Shown here in pieces: positions 42,108 to 52,068 of a stretch of 64,000 nucleotides of DNA. The stretch's first letter is position 1. Each line of letters starts with the position of its first letter. The stretch is from Polyangiaceae bacterium (GTDB lineage Bacteria; Myxococcota_A; Polyangia; Polyangiales; Polyangiaceae): NCBI GenBank assembly GCA_050287085.1, contig JBNKBE010000013.1, positions 1-64,000 on the forward strand, read 5' to 3'. The notes below the pieces were generated by a model. That model saw only the letters and a program-made list of their open reading frames with translations. It ran no database searches and had not been told where the DNA came from. Position numbers and translations under genes: made by a program.

Positions 42108-42545
42108 GATGAGACGCCCTCAACTGCTACTCAGCGGAACGAGCCGATGCCATCGCCGCCGAAGCGTCCGCGGCGCCTGGGCGCGGGGCGAAGCAATGAG
42201 CATCCCCATCGAGGTGCGGTAAGTGATGAGCGCGCCCCCCGACGTCGGCTAAACGACCCGCCGTGGTGGCTACGACTACAACCCTAGCCGGCGAGCCCCA
42301 GCACCTGACGCGCGATCTGGCGCCCCAGGTGCTGGGGACCCAGGTGCTGGCGACCCTGCCGCGCCGACGGATCGGTCCTTGCCAACGCCAGGGGCGGCCA
42401 TCGCCGCCGTGCACGACGAGGCCCCGAGCGCGTCGGAAACCGACTGGCCCCGAGATTCTTGCGCTCTACGAAGTCCTCGAACGCTGTCCGACAATCCGGT
42501 AGCCTTGAACCAGGCCGTTGCGGCAGCGATGGTGCACGGGCCGAC
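42108..42545 (+). pseudogene. Collapsed DGPF + ECF42 module
   Basis: DGPF C-terminus (AIAAEASAAPG...PIEVR*VMSAP), sigma N-terminus (HLTRDLAPQVLG) and C-terminus (AAIAAVHDEA...TDWP/EILALY/ALNQAVAAAMVHGP); multiple frameshifts. Confidence 0.75.
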
Positions 42546-42682
42546 CACCGACTCCCCCGCCTCTGCCAGAGACCAGATTCGGCCAGAACATCACGGGTGT
42601 GCTACGGAACCGGGGTGTCCCCCGATCATCTGAGCCAAGCCCAGGTCGAACTCCAACTCCGAAGCGAGGAGCCCCGGTACTG

Positions 42683-43087
42683 ATGCTTGCGCGCTACCAC
42701 ATGGTGCGCGGCCAACGCCCTCCCAACGATCCACTTCCTGACGGCCTTCGAATCGATATTCGCAAGCACACGCGTCACGTGCTGGCACCCACGCCCGACA
42801 TGGTGGAGCGGTATCTTGCCGCGCCGAGCGACGCGTCTTGGAGGCACTTCAGAGGCGAATACCACGCGCTATTGGAAGAGCGATTCGCCAGCGATCCGGG
42901 CCCCTTTGAGGCGCTCGCCAGGCAGGCGCGGAACGTCGACGTCTACCTCGGTTGCAGCTGCCCGACCGCGAAGAACCCCGACGCAAGCCGTTGCCACACA
43001 GTGGCGGCTCTCGCGTTCATGCGTCTTCGCTTCGCGGACCTCGATGTGCGCCTGCCCGCCGAAGACCTGAGCGCCGCCAGCTCCTGA
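42683..43087 (+). CDS. DUF488-like protein
   Basis: LAPT...W..F...Y..LL...VYLGCSC......RCH. Confidence 0.55.
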   Translation: MLARYHMVRGQRPPNDPLPDGLRIDIRKHTRHVLAPTPDMVERYLAAPSDASWRHFRGEYHALLEERFASDPGPFEALARQARNVDVYLGCSCPTAKNPDASRCHTVAALAFMRLRFADLDVRLPAEDLSAASS

Positions 43088-43146
43088 GCTCCGACAACCG
43101 AAAGGCTTGCCGTCACAACGCCGCGCTCGACTGTGGTACTGGGCTG

Positions 43147-43755
43147 ATGATGGCGAGCACGAAAGCCACCGAGCTGCACGACGGCTCTCCCCTCCGCGGA
43201 TTTGCCACCGTCCAAGAGTGGCGCACCTGGTTGGAGCGCAACCACACGCTCTGTCCGGCACTGTGGGTCAAACTGGCCAAGAAAGGTCGCGGCATTCGTT
43301 CGCTGACGTACGAGCAAGCGCGCGACAACGCAATCGCCTTCGGCTGGATCGATGGCCTTCGGCGCTCGCTCGACGACGCGTTCTACGCCATACGCTTCAC
43401 GCCCAGAACCAAGCGCAGCAGGTGGTCCAAGATCAATCGTACCATCGCGGAGGAACTCATCGCCAGCGGCCAGATGGAGACGTCGGGGCTCGACCAGGTT
43501 GAAGCGGCGCGACGAGACGGTCGCTGGGACGCAGCCTACGCCGGCTCAGCAACAATCGAGATGCACCCTGAGCTCGAGCGCGCCTTGAAAGCGAACCCAA
43601 CGGCGCAGGATTTCTTCGCCACCATAAGCCGGGCGAATCGCTTCGCCATCCTCTCTCGCGTGCACGACGCGCGGCGCCCCGAGACGCGCGCGCGGCGAAT
43701 TGAACAGCTCGTCGCCCAGCTGGCACGCGGTGAAGTCCCGCATCCGGATCGCTGA
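43147..43755 (+). CDS. YdeI/OmpD-associated family protein
   Basis: FGWIDG, RFTPRTKRSRWSKIN, DGRWDAAY, ARRPETRARRI. Confidence 0.9.
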   Translation: MMASTKATELHDGSPLRGFATVQEWRTWLERNHTLCPALWVKLAKKGRGIRSLTYEQARDNAIAFGWIDGLRRSLDDAFYAIRFTPRTKRSRWSKINRTIAEELIASGQMETSGLDQVEAARRDGRWDAAYAGSATIEMHPELERALKANPTAQDFFATISRANRFAILSRVHDARRPETRARRIEQLVAQLARGEVPHPDR

Positions 43756-43861
43756 GCCACTCGACCGCCCTCGCCAGGCCCTTGCACGGCAACTCAAATG
43801 CCTCGCTCGAACCTTGGGTCCCGCTCGAAGCGCTTGGACGCCCGGGCGCAGGACCGCCCTT

Positions 43862-44890
43862 TCAAAACATCTCAACCCCCGGAATGCTCATCGGCACGAC
43901 CGAGATGCTGTCAACGGGGCCCGTTATGAACAGCGTCCTTTGCTCAGGGCCCGCAAACACATTGTTCGTAGCACCGTTGTTCTCACCCACTGACGTCGGG
44001 ATCGTAAGAACCTTGGTCCCCGCTGCGTCGAATACGACAACTCCCAAGCTGTTGCTGAGATAGATATTGCCGCCTGCGTCCATGGACATGCCGTCGCCGC
44101 CCATGCCCACAAATGGCTGAAGATTGGAAAGGCTACCATCGGCTCCAATGTCGAAGACGACCGTGCCGCCCATATTGTCGTCCTTCCAACGATTGACGTA
44201 GAGCTTGCGTCCGTCTGGGGTACCCACAACGCCGTTGGGCCAGGTATCCGCGTCCCACTCCGCCATCGTCGTCATCCGAACTAGCGACGTGGCCCCCGGG
44301 GCCAGATAGTAGACGTGCCCGCCCTTTCCTAGCGCCGCCTGCTCGGAGTGGGTGGGCGGCCAGTCTTGCTTGCGAGGGTCGGCATCATCCCAATAGTCAC
44401 GAGGAAAAAGCGGATCGGTGATGTAGATGCCACCATTGACCGGATTGATCCACAGATCGTTAGGACCGTTTAGTAGCTTGCCCTCGAAGCCACTGGCGAT
44501 CACCTCGTGCGTCCCGTCGGGGGCGATCTTCCAGACTTCACCATGCATGTCCGCGCATGCGACGAGATTCCCGGTGGCATCGAAGGCCATGCCATTGGAA
44601 CGGCCGGTGCCTTCTAGAAACGTACTCACCGTTCCCGTCGCGGCCTCCCACTTGTGAATCCTGTCGTTGGGTTGATCTGTGAAGTAGACATTGCCTAGTG
44701 GATCCACCGCTGGCCCTTCCGTGAACCCAAACCCCGCCTGCACTACCTGAAGAGCCGCCCTCGGTGTCGGAGGGTCGGCATATGCAGAGCCGTCATCCGC
44801 TGAACAAGCGCCTAGGGTGAGCAAGACTGCAGGACTGAAGACCGAAGCCACGAACAGCCACGGGCGAGTCATCGACATTTGGGACATCAC
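43862..44890 (-). CDS. SMP-30/gluconolactonase family lipoprotein
   Basis: LGAC lipobox; FTEGPA, SNGMAFD, NGPNDL, PNG, DGMSMD. Confidence 0.9.
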   Translation of the reverse strand: MMSQMSMTRPWLFVASVFSPAVLLTLGACSADDGSAYADPPTPRAALQVVQAGFGFTEGPAVDPLGNVYFTDQPNDRIHKWEAATGTVSTFLEGTGRSNGMAFDATGNLVACADMHGEVWKIAPDGTHEVIASGFEGKLLNGPNDLWINPVNGGIYITDPLFPRDYWDDADPRKQDWPPTHSEQAALGKGGHVYYLAPGATSLVRMTTMAEWDADTWPNGVVGTPDGRKLYVNRWKDDNMGGTVVFDIGADGSLSNLQPFVGMGGDGMSMDAGGNIYLSNSLGVVVFDAAGTKVLTIPTSVGENNGATNNVFAGPEQRTLFITGPVDSISVVPMSIPGVEMF

Positions 44891-45358
44891 GTTCCTCCTC
44901 AGGGCCTTGACTTACCAGAGCCGCCGCAGCACCACCACGCAAAGTGTCAGCAAGCATCGAAAGGCGCGTCTCCGTGACTGATTTCGGGCCCTTTGTCGCG
45001 CCATTTCTTCCGCAGCGGGCTCGGTCCAGTCCCCGGATGTCGTGACGCTTGCCAAGACCGGAACGCTTCAGTTCCGACGTATAACCGCCAAACGTGAACA
45101 GACATTGTCCAACCGATACGCCTCCGCGGCGCCCCCAGTATTCCACCTCGGTCGCGCAGCGAAAGTGACAGGGCCGCCGTCAACGACTCCGCCACCGCGA
45201 TTGCAGACTCGATCTGCGCTAAGGCATTGAAATGCAGAAGAGCGCGCTCGTCGGCTCGTGACCTGTTCATGAACCGGCGCATTTTCGGCGCGCACGCGCT
45301 GTCCACCGCAGAGGCCTCTCTTGCAGCTCCCAAGCTTGCACGCCTAGGGACCGTAGCC

Positions 45359-46321
45359 TCACGCGATGCCGCCTGCCCCAAGCAGCCGTTCCAGGGTATC
45401 GAAAGAACCCGTCCAGCCTAGGGTCATGCCCGGCCGTTCCCGGGCAAATGCGTCCACGGCGTCTGCCGTCAAGGTCCCGATGGGTTCACTCGTCACCGTA
45501 ACACGCGTCCGGTCGGGTGCCTCCTCTGCCAAGAGCACAATGGTCCGCAGCGTGGGGGGCCAAATCGCTACGCCTGGTGGCGAAACGACCTGCTCTGATT
45601 GATCCACGAATTGCTGCGTGTAGACGATGCGCCTTGGGGACTCGATTGCGAGGTATTCGGTGCGTACCTGCATAGCACCGAGCTCGCTGGTGATGACACA
45701 TAAGGTGCTCTTACCGCAGCCTATCTCCGATCGAAGGAAGTGCGCCTGGGCACCCGCGGGCGGAAGCCACCTGACAAGGTGCTCAGGGCGGGTCCACATC
45801 TCGAAGACACGCGCGATGGGAGCGTCAAAGACGCGGTTGATAACGAAGCAGCGCTTGCCCGTGGCCCGTTGTTCCAAGTGCTCCGCAAGGCGATCCCAAG
45901 TGGCATTGCCCCCCATCTGCCTGATGAGCTTGGTCATTCCCTGCGCTGCCTCCGGTGACGGCAGTGTGAAAGCCAATGCCATCGTCGTTCGCCCCTCAGC
46001 TTCCGCAAACGTGACGGTCACGCGGAAAAGCGCCAGAGCCTCGTCGGTAGCGCTATGGTCGTATTCCAGCTTCTTGCACGCCTCGACGACGCAATAGGTG
46101 ATGACGTTCGGATAGTCGACGCCGTCGGGGCCATGCATCGTGTAGCGCCACGTGCCTCCCACCCGGAGCTCCTTGCGGTGGCTAGTGATCGTGAAGCCCC
46201 GCGGGCCCCACCACTTCTCAACTTGCTCGGATATCGTCCACGCATCCCACACCACTCGGACGGGAGCGTCATACACACGTGTGAGTCGGATTTCGTTTGG
46301 ATTGCTTGTTGCGGTCATCAC
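45359..46321 (-). CDS. Two-domain SRPBCC protein
   Basis: TRVYDAP...WWGPRGF and NRVFDAP...W..P repeats. Confidence 0.88.
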   Translation of the reverse strand: MMTATSNPNEIRLTRVYDAPVRVVWDAWTISEQVEKWWGPRGFTITSHRKELRVGGTWRYTMHGPDGVDYPNVITYCVVEACKKLEYDHSATDEALALFRVTVTFAEAEGRTTMALAFTLPSPEAAQGMTKLIRQMGGNATWDRLAEHLEQRATGKRCFVINRVFDAPIARVFEMWTRPEHLVRWLPPAGAQAHFLRSEIGCGKSTLCVITSELGAMQVRTEYLAIESPRRIVYTQQFVDQSEQVVSPPGVAIWPPTLRTIVLLAEEAPDRTRVTVTSEPIGTLTADAVDAFARERPGMTLGWTGSFDTLERLLGAGGIA

Positions 46322-46710
46322 CTTCTCCTCACCTTCCTTTGGGGACGCGGTTGTCTTGCGTCTTGCCGCGATGGGCCCTGTGGGCCGGGACCTGGCGCAA
46401 TACTCTTCAGGTACGAGCCCAACCTCTCCAAGCGCGCCTCCCACATGGCGCGGTAGGGCTCGACCCACTCAGCAACGGGCGCAAGAGCAGTCGGCTCAAG
46501 CTTGCATGGGCGTCGTTGACCCTCCGAGCTGCGAGAGATGAGCCCAGCACGCTCCAGCACTTTCAGATGCTTGGTGATGGCCGGCCCCGACAGCTCGAAG
46601 GGCTCGGCGAGCTCCTTTACAGGAGCCTCCCCCTCGGCGAGGCGCGCGAGAATTGCACGCCTCGTAGGATCTGCGAGGGCAGCGAAGAGGTTCGACAAGT
46701 CAACTGACAT
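46318..46710 (-). CDS. ArsR/SmtB-family regulator
   Basis: ALADPTRRAILARL...SGPAITKHLKVLERAGL. Confidence 0.92.
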   Translation of the reverse strand: MSVDLSNLFAALADPTRRAILARLAEGEAPVKELAEPFELSGPAITKHLKVLERAGLISRSSEGQRRPCKLEPTALAPVAEWVEPYRAMWEARLERLGSYLKSIAPGPGPQGPSRQDARQPRPQRKVRRR

Positions 46711-46857
46711 GCTGATGATTTACCCATTGGTTAATTAACTAACAAGTAAATAGTTGCGCAAGCCGTCCGATCCTCGTCGCCGCAGCTGGGACGGGACTAC
46801 AGGCCAATAGTTACGCTCGAGGCCGTCCGACGCGCCCCCGGTCGCACCCTCCCCGCG

Positions 46858-46957
46858 CAGCACTCGTCCGACGACTCGCCCACAAACTGTACCCAGCACT
46901 CGTCCGACGGCTCGCCCACAAACTATGCGCAGCAGTCGTCCGACGGCTCGCCCCCAG
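46858..46957. repeat. 36-bp imperfect tandem repeat x3 overlapping the 3' end of the sigZ-like gene
   Basis: CAGCA(C/G)TCGTCCGACG(A/G)CTCGCCC... at 46858, 46894 and 46930. Confidence 0.85.
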
Positions 46958-47516
46958 AGCGCGGCTCACAAGCGACCACGCGACGACGCGCGTCCAAGGC
47001 GATATCACAACAGGCTTCCAATGCAGCGCGGAGCTTGTGGCGACCGCGCTGCACCCGAGACTTCATTCCCGACAACGAAACCCCGAGCCTGTCGGCGGCT
47101 TGCTTCTGGGTCAGCCCCTCGAGCTCGGTCAGGATCAGGGCATGGCGATAAGGCTCAGGCATCCTAGCTATGAGTTCCGCCATGTAGGTAGCCACTTCGC
47201 GTTCAGCCGCCCGATCATCCATGTCCCGCGAGTGGAGCGCGTGCTCGACGGCGTTCGGCTCGACGAGCGGGCGACGCGCCGCCGCGCGTCCATAGTCGGC
47301 GATAGCACTCCGAGCCACTCTGTACACCCACGGCCCAAGGCGTTGCGTGTCGCGCAGTGCGGCGAAGCCCCGCTGCATCCGAAGGAACACCTCCTGCACG
47401 ACGTCGTCCACATCTGCGACCGGAACTCGCTTAGCCACGAACGGCCTCAACCTCGCTTCCAGCACGCGCCAAAGATGAGCGCCCGCGAAGTCAGCAAGCT
47501 CGATGTTCTCGATCAC
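46923..47516 (-). CDS. SigZ-like ECF sigma factor with Cys-rich C-terminus
   Basis: DDVVQEVFLR, WVYRVAR, SLSGMKSRVQRGR, ACC...C...CCA; GTGA-coupled to arsM. Confidence 0.85.
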   Translation of the reverse strand: MIENIELADFAGAHLWRVLEARLRPFVAKRVPVADVDDVVQEVFLRMQRGFAALRDTQRLGPWVYRVARSAIADYGRAAARRPLVEPNAVEHALHSRDMDDRAAEREVATYMAELIARMPEPYRHALILTELEGLTQKQAADRLGVSLSGMKSRVQRGRHKLRAALEACCDIALDARRRVVACEPRSGGEPSDDCCA

Positions 47517-48337
47517 AGAACCGCTCCCGTTTGGCAGCAGGACGGCGCGCAACACGAAACGCGCGGCTTTGTCGCCTCGATGCTAGCCGAAGCGACATAC
47601 TCCTCGAGCCCCGAACCTGGGATCCAGTCGCGGATGAACACATGACTATCCTCGCCAAGCGTCACGCGCACGCGCTCAAATCCGACCTTCCCCAAGAGGG
47701 CCTCGACCGCGGCTACGTCGGCCGCACCCCCAATGCATCCTGGGCGCGCCGCCACCTCGCGTTTCATAGCCTGAGGCAGTGGGCGGACGGCCAGGACGTC
47801 CGCGATGGCGAGACGCCCGCCCGCCTTCAGTACTCGAAAGGCGTCGCGAAACACCTGCTCCTTGTCCGGACTTAGATTGATGACGCAGTTTGAAATGACA
47901 ACATCAACGCTGCTATCAGCGACCGGCAGGTGCTCGATTTCGCCAAGACGAAAGTCGACGTGGGTGGCTCCCAACTGCCGGGCGTTGGCGCGCGCTTTGG
48001 TCACCATCTCCGGGGTCATGTCGACCCCCACCACCTGACCCTTTGGCCCAACCTGTTGGGCGGCGAGCAGGCAATCAAAGCCAGCGCCCGAGCCGAGGTC
48101 GAGTACGGTCTCCCCTTCCCTGAGCCTTGCGATGGCGCGCGGATTGCCACAACCGAGCCCCATGTTGGCCCCCTCGGGAACAGCCGCTAGCTCCTCAGCA
48201 GAATAGCCCAGAGCCAGGCTACCTTTGGCGTTTGGGCCACAGGTCCCGGGCGCGCAGCATCCGCCCACGCCGCGCGCTATGCTGCCATATTGTTGTCGCA
48301 CTGCGCTGCGGATTTCATCGTAGGTGGGTTCCGTCAT
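47513..48337 (-). CDS. arsM: Arsenite methyltransferase
   Basis: GGCC, GLGCGNP, LDLGSGAG.D, ISNCVINL, GCIGGA. Confidence 0.92.
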   Translation of the reverse strand: MTEPTYDEIRSAVRQQYGSIARGVGGCCAPGTCGPNAKGSLALGYSAEELAAVPEGANMGLGCGNPRAIARLREGETVLDLGSGAGFDCLLAAQQVGPKGQVVGVDMTPEMVTKARANARQLGATHVDFRLGEIEHLPVADSSVDVVISNCVINLSPDKEQVFRDAFRVLKAGGRLAIADVLAVRPLPQAMKREVAARPGCIGGAADVAAVEALLGKVGFERVRVTLGEDSHVFIRDWIPGSGLEEYVASASIEATKPRVSCCAPSCCQTGAVL

Positions 48338-48436
48338 GGTCGTTAGTCTCCGATTGTTTGAGGATCGGTTCCAAAGACGGCGACCCGCCAAAAAGGACGC
48401 AACAAAAACCGCACCGGCCTGAGGCGGTACCCCGAT

Positions 48437-48874
48437 TCACTGATTTAGGCTGGCAGATTGTTGAGCAAAGCGCTCCAGTCGCCCGCGAATGGCGTCGCGC
48501 GCCGAGCGGAAACGCGTGAGCATCTCCGCACGCGAAAGGCTGGTGTCGTCGCTAGCTGGATCCGGGATCGGCCAGTGCAGGCGCCGCGCCCGGCCGAGGA
48601 AAGCAGGGCATACCTCCTCGGCGCACAGAGTGATGACGGTGCCCACCGTTTCCGGATCGATGCTCTGCACCGACTTTGACGAGTGCGTCGTGAGATCCAC
48701 CCCCAGCTCCCGCATCACCTCGGTTGCATACGGATTGACCGTGCTCGGCTGACTGCCAGCGCTCTGCACGACAACTCCGTCGCCCCAAATCATGCGGCCC
48801 AGACCTTCTGCCATCTGACTGCGCGCCGAGTTGGCGACGCAGAGAAATAAGATGCTCTTGTTTTCGTCGTTCAT
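48437..48874 (-). CDS. arsC: Arsenate reductase (LMW-PTP/thioredoxin type)
   Basis: [28 protein letters not shown]. Confidence 0.92.
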   Translation of the reverse strand: MNDENKSILFLCVANSARSQMAEGLGRMIWGDGVVVQSAGSQPSTVNPYATEVMRELGVDLTTHSSKSVQSIDPETVGTVITLCAEEVCPAFLGRARRLHWPIPDPASDDTSLSRAEMLTRFRSARDAIRGRLERFAQQSASLNQ

Positions 48875-48885
48875 TCATGCGTCTT

Positions 48886-50004
48886 TCAGGGTTCTGCTTT
48901 GAATGCTTCACGGCTGATTCCTAGCTGGGCGGCAGCGCCGCCGCTCGAGACATCGGGGAAGTAGCGGCGGCCAAGCCAGAGCGCGACGTTAACAAGTCCG
49001 ATGAGGACCGGCACTTCCACAAGGGGTCCAATGACTGCTGCGAAAGCAGCCCCACTGTGAATACCAAAGCTGGCCACGGCCACCGCAATGGCCAGCTCGA
49101 AATTATTGGAGGCAGCGGTGAACGAAAGCGTCGTGGACTGTTGATATCCCGCACCCACCCGCTTGCTCATGAAGAAAGAGAGCGAAAACATCACCACAAA
49201 GTAGATGAGCAACGGAAGAGCGACGCGCAAGACGTCCAGCGGCAACTCGACGATTGCCTCGCCCTTGAGCGAAAACATCACCACAATGGTGAACAGCAGC
49301 GATACCAGCGTGACAGGACCGATGCGCGCGGCAAATTGGCTCTCGTACCATTCACGTCCCCGCGCACGGACCAGAAGCGCCCGCGTCAGGAACCCCGCCG
49401 CGAATGGAACCCCAAGATAGAGGGCGACGCTCTGAGCAATCTCGCCGATGCTGATGTCCACGACGGCGCCCTCTAGCCCCAGCCAAGAGGGCAACAATGT
49501 GGCGAAGAAGTATGCGTAGACCGAAAAGAAGAGCACCTGAAATATGGAGTTGAAGGCCACCAGACCGGCGCAGTACTCGCGGTCTCCTTTGGCCAAGTCG
49601 TTCCACACGATGACCATGGCGATGCAGCGGGCTAAACCGATGAGGATGAGTCCGAGCATGTACTCCGGCTTGTCGCGCAGAAATACGACGGCGAGTCCAA
49701 ACATCAGCAGCGGGCCGATGACCCAGTTCTGCACCAAAGACAGTACCAGTACGCGCTTGTTGCGGAAGACCCTACCGAGCTCCTCGTAGCGTACCTTGGC
49801 AAGCGGTGGGTACATCATCAGGATCAAGCCGAGCGCTATCGGAATCGATGTAGTGCCGATACTCATCCGCTCGAGTGCAGCCGGAACACCTGGCGCGGCC
49901 GCTCCCAGCAGAACACCCAAGGCCATAGCCAGGAAGATCCACAAGGTGAGATAGCGGTCAAGAAAGGACAACTTGCCGAGCAAGCCGGTGGGAACTGTGG
50001 ACAT
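48886..50004 (-). CDS. acr3: ACR3-family arsenite efflux transporter
   Basis: [36 protein letters not shown]. Confidence 0.96.
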   Translation of the reverse strand: MSTVPTGLLGKLSFLDRYLTLWIFLAMALGVLLGAAAPGVPAALERMSIGTTSIPIALGLILMMYPPLAKVRYEELGRVFRNKRVLVLSLVQNWVIGPLLMFGLAVVFLRDKPEYMLGLILIGLARCIAMVIVWNDLAKGDREYCAGLVAFNSIFQVLFFSVYAYFFATLLPSWLGLEGAVVDISIGEIAQSVALYLGVPFAAGFLTRALLVRARGREWYESQFAARIGPVTLVSLLFTIVVMFSLKGEAIVELPLDVLRVALPLLIYFVVMFSLSFFMSKRVGAGYQQSTTLSFTAASNNFELAIAVAVASFGIHSGAAFAAVIGPLVEVPVLIGLVNVALWLGRRYFPDVSSGGAAAQLGISREAFKAEP

Positions 50005-50056
50005 CGTCTGGTTTCCTTCGTGCGTTCTGGTTCGCATCGTCGATATACGATAGCTT

Positions 50057-50401
50057 CTACAAACTTCCGATCAGCGCGCGAACGCGGCGCAGCGCACGCT
50101 GATCGGCGCAGTAGCAAACGCGAGGTCCGTCAACCTCACCGCGGATGAGCCCAGCGTTCTTCAACACCTTGAGGTGCTGCGAAACGGTGGACTGGGCCAG
50201 CTCCAAATCATCAACGATATCACCACAAATGCACGCGCTTCTGCATGTGAGAAGACGCATGATCCGCACGCGTGCTGGGTGTCCGAGAGCCTTCGCAAAC
50301 AACGCTAGTTCTTCGTCGGCGCCGTGCCCTTGCACGGGTCTGAGGTCCTCTTGGGCGTCCGGGATTGGACAGCAATAGACCCCTGGGCTTGTCTGAATCA
50401 T
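50057..50401 (-). CDS. arsR: ArsR arsenic-responsive repressor
   Basis: [30 protein letters not shown]; first gene of the ars cluster. Confidence 0.88.
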   Translation of the reverse strand: MIQTSPGVYCCPIPDAQEDLRPVQGHGADEELALFAKALGHPARVRIMRLLTCRSACICGDIVDDLELAQSTVSQHLKVLKNAGLIRGEVDGPRVCYCADQRALRRVRALIGSL

Positions 50402-50554
50402 CGTGATAAGGCGATATAACGCCTCCTATCCCCAATGCGCAAGTCACATTGCTGTGACGTTCTCATGGCCAGGAGATGAACTCCGCTCGAGAGCTGAAAT
50501 CGAGCTCCGCTCCCCACGGACTCGACCACTGGCGCTCCGCAGCGCCGCCCCGCC

Positions 50555-50710
50555 TTATTGTCCGTCCTCGGACTTCTCGTCGCCCGCAAGACGTGTACCG
50601 CTCCAACCTCTGGACCGAAAGAACCACAACATCGCTGCCAGCATCGTCAGCATCACCCCCCAGAACGCCACGTAGCCGTACCGCCATCGAAGCTCGGGCA
50701 TGTTGTATGG
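50555..50710 (-). pseudogene. CorA C-terminal remnant
   Basis: NMPELRWRYGY..FW.VM......LWFFRSRGW. Confidence 0.65.
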
Positions 50711-50896
50711 GGACATCGGGAGCGAAGTTTGCGCAATATCCCCGATCGATATGATATTGAGCCGCTCCAAAGCCCTCTTCGCTGGGCGAGACGCGCGGCA
50801 AGTCGAGCCCCTCACCCCCCAACCCCCCAAAGCCTGCTTGCCCGGGCGGCGTCCGCCTGGGCCCGCGACAAGGGCGTGTAGCTCTCCAAAGTCGGT

Positions 50897-52015
50897 ATGG
50901 CCGAACCCCTCAAGCTGTTCTTTTCCCCGGAGCTCGTCGCTCGCTTGGCCGACGACTTGGCTCGAGCCGAGCCAACGTTTCCTCGAGCCGCCTTTGCCCA
51001 ACAGGCCGCAAACGGTCTCGACAACTTGGAGCTGATGGAACGGGGAAAACACATCGCCCAAGCGTTGCGCGACCACCTGCCCGCGGAATACCCGAACGCC
51101 ATCGCCATACTCCTACGCTCCTTAGGGGCAGAACACGCCAGCGACGAGCTCGAAGGCCTGGGACTGGCACCCTTCTTCTACTTGCCCCACGTAATCTTCG
51201 TCGCGGAGTGGGGAACCGACGACTTCGACCTGTCCTTCCGCGCGCAGCACGAGCTCACGAGACGCTTCACAGCAGAATTCAGTATTCGTGCGTTCATAGA
51301 AAAAGATCCCGAGCGTACTCTCAGTCAGCTCAGAGCCTGGACGCAGGATCCAAACCCACACGTCCGTCGTCTCGTCTCCGAGGGCACCCGCTTGCGCCTG
51401 CCGTGGGCCCGGCGCGTGCCTTGGCTGGACGCGAACCCGACGCGCGTCGTTGAGCTGCTCGAGCTTCTGAAAGACGACCCAGCGCCGCTGGTACGCCGCA
51501 GCGTCGCCAACAACATCAACGATCTGGCAAAGGCGGATCCGGAGTTGGCCGTGAGAATCTGCCGGCGCTGGTCAAGTGCGGCGTCCAAGGAACGCCAGGC
51601 GCTCATTCGCCACGCCCTCCGTTCGCTGATGAAAAAGGGCCACAGCGGCGCGCTCACTTTGCTCGGAACGGGCGCCTCCCCGCAGATCACTGTTGGGGCC
51701 CTCAAGCTATCCGCAAAGACCGTCCCACTGGGCGGAGAGCTTCGCTTCTCTTTCGCAATACGCAGCACCGCGGCACGTGCGCAGTCCCTCGTCGTCGACT
51801 ACGTTGCTGGCCTGGTGGGCGCCCGCGGACAACTCCGTCCCAAGGTATTCAAACTGAAACGACTGAACCTGGCAGCTGGGCAGAGTGCCACTTTTGAGGC
51901 GAAGCTCTCCTTCGCTCCAATGACAACGCGCAAACACTATCCGGGACGGCACGAGCTCGGCGTACGCGTCAACGGCGTTACCTACCCGCTCGGTGACTTC
52001 AACGTGCACGCCTAG
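50897..52015 (+). CDS. DNA alkylation repair protein (AlkC-like, HEAT repeats + C-terminal Ig-like domain)
   Basis: TRRFTAEFSIR, HVRRLVSEGTR.RLPW, VRRSVANNIND, TTRKHYPG. Confidence 0.88.
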   Translation: MAEPLKLFFSPELVARLADDLARAEPTFPRAAFAQQAANGLDNLELMERGKHIAQALRDHLPAEYPNAIAILLRSLGAEHASDELEGLGLAPFFYLPHVIFVAEWGTDDFDLSFRAQHELTRRFTAEFSIRAFIEKDPERTLSQLRAWTQDPNPHVRRLVSEGTRLRLPWARRVPWLDANPTRVVELLELLKDDPAPLVRRSVANNINDLAKADPELAVRICRRWSSAASKERQALIRHALRSLMKKGHSGALTLLGTGASPQITVGALKLSAKTVPLGGELRFSFAIRSTAARAQSLVVDYVAGLVGARGQLRPKVFKLKRLNLAAGQSATFEAKLSFAPMTTRKHYPGRHELGVRVNGVTYPLGDFNVHA

Positions 52016-52068
52016 AGGCAGTTGTCCCGCGCCGAAACCTGTGGCAAGACGAGGCCGTTTGCCCATGG

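Noticed and set aside
44900..45350. Long intergenic stretches (also 19380-19740, 23340-23810, 24800-25300) as ncRNA or genes
   Set aside because: No recognisable RNA motif or protein family; probably eroded coding scraps. An Rfam/BLASTX search would be needed.
46858..46957. 36-bp repeats as a CRISPR
   Set aside because: Contiguous copies derived from the 3' end of the sigma gene; no spacers.
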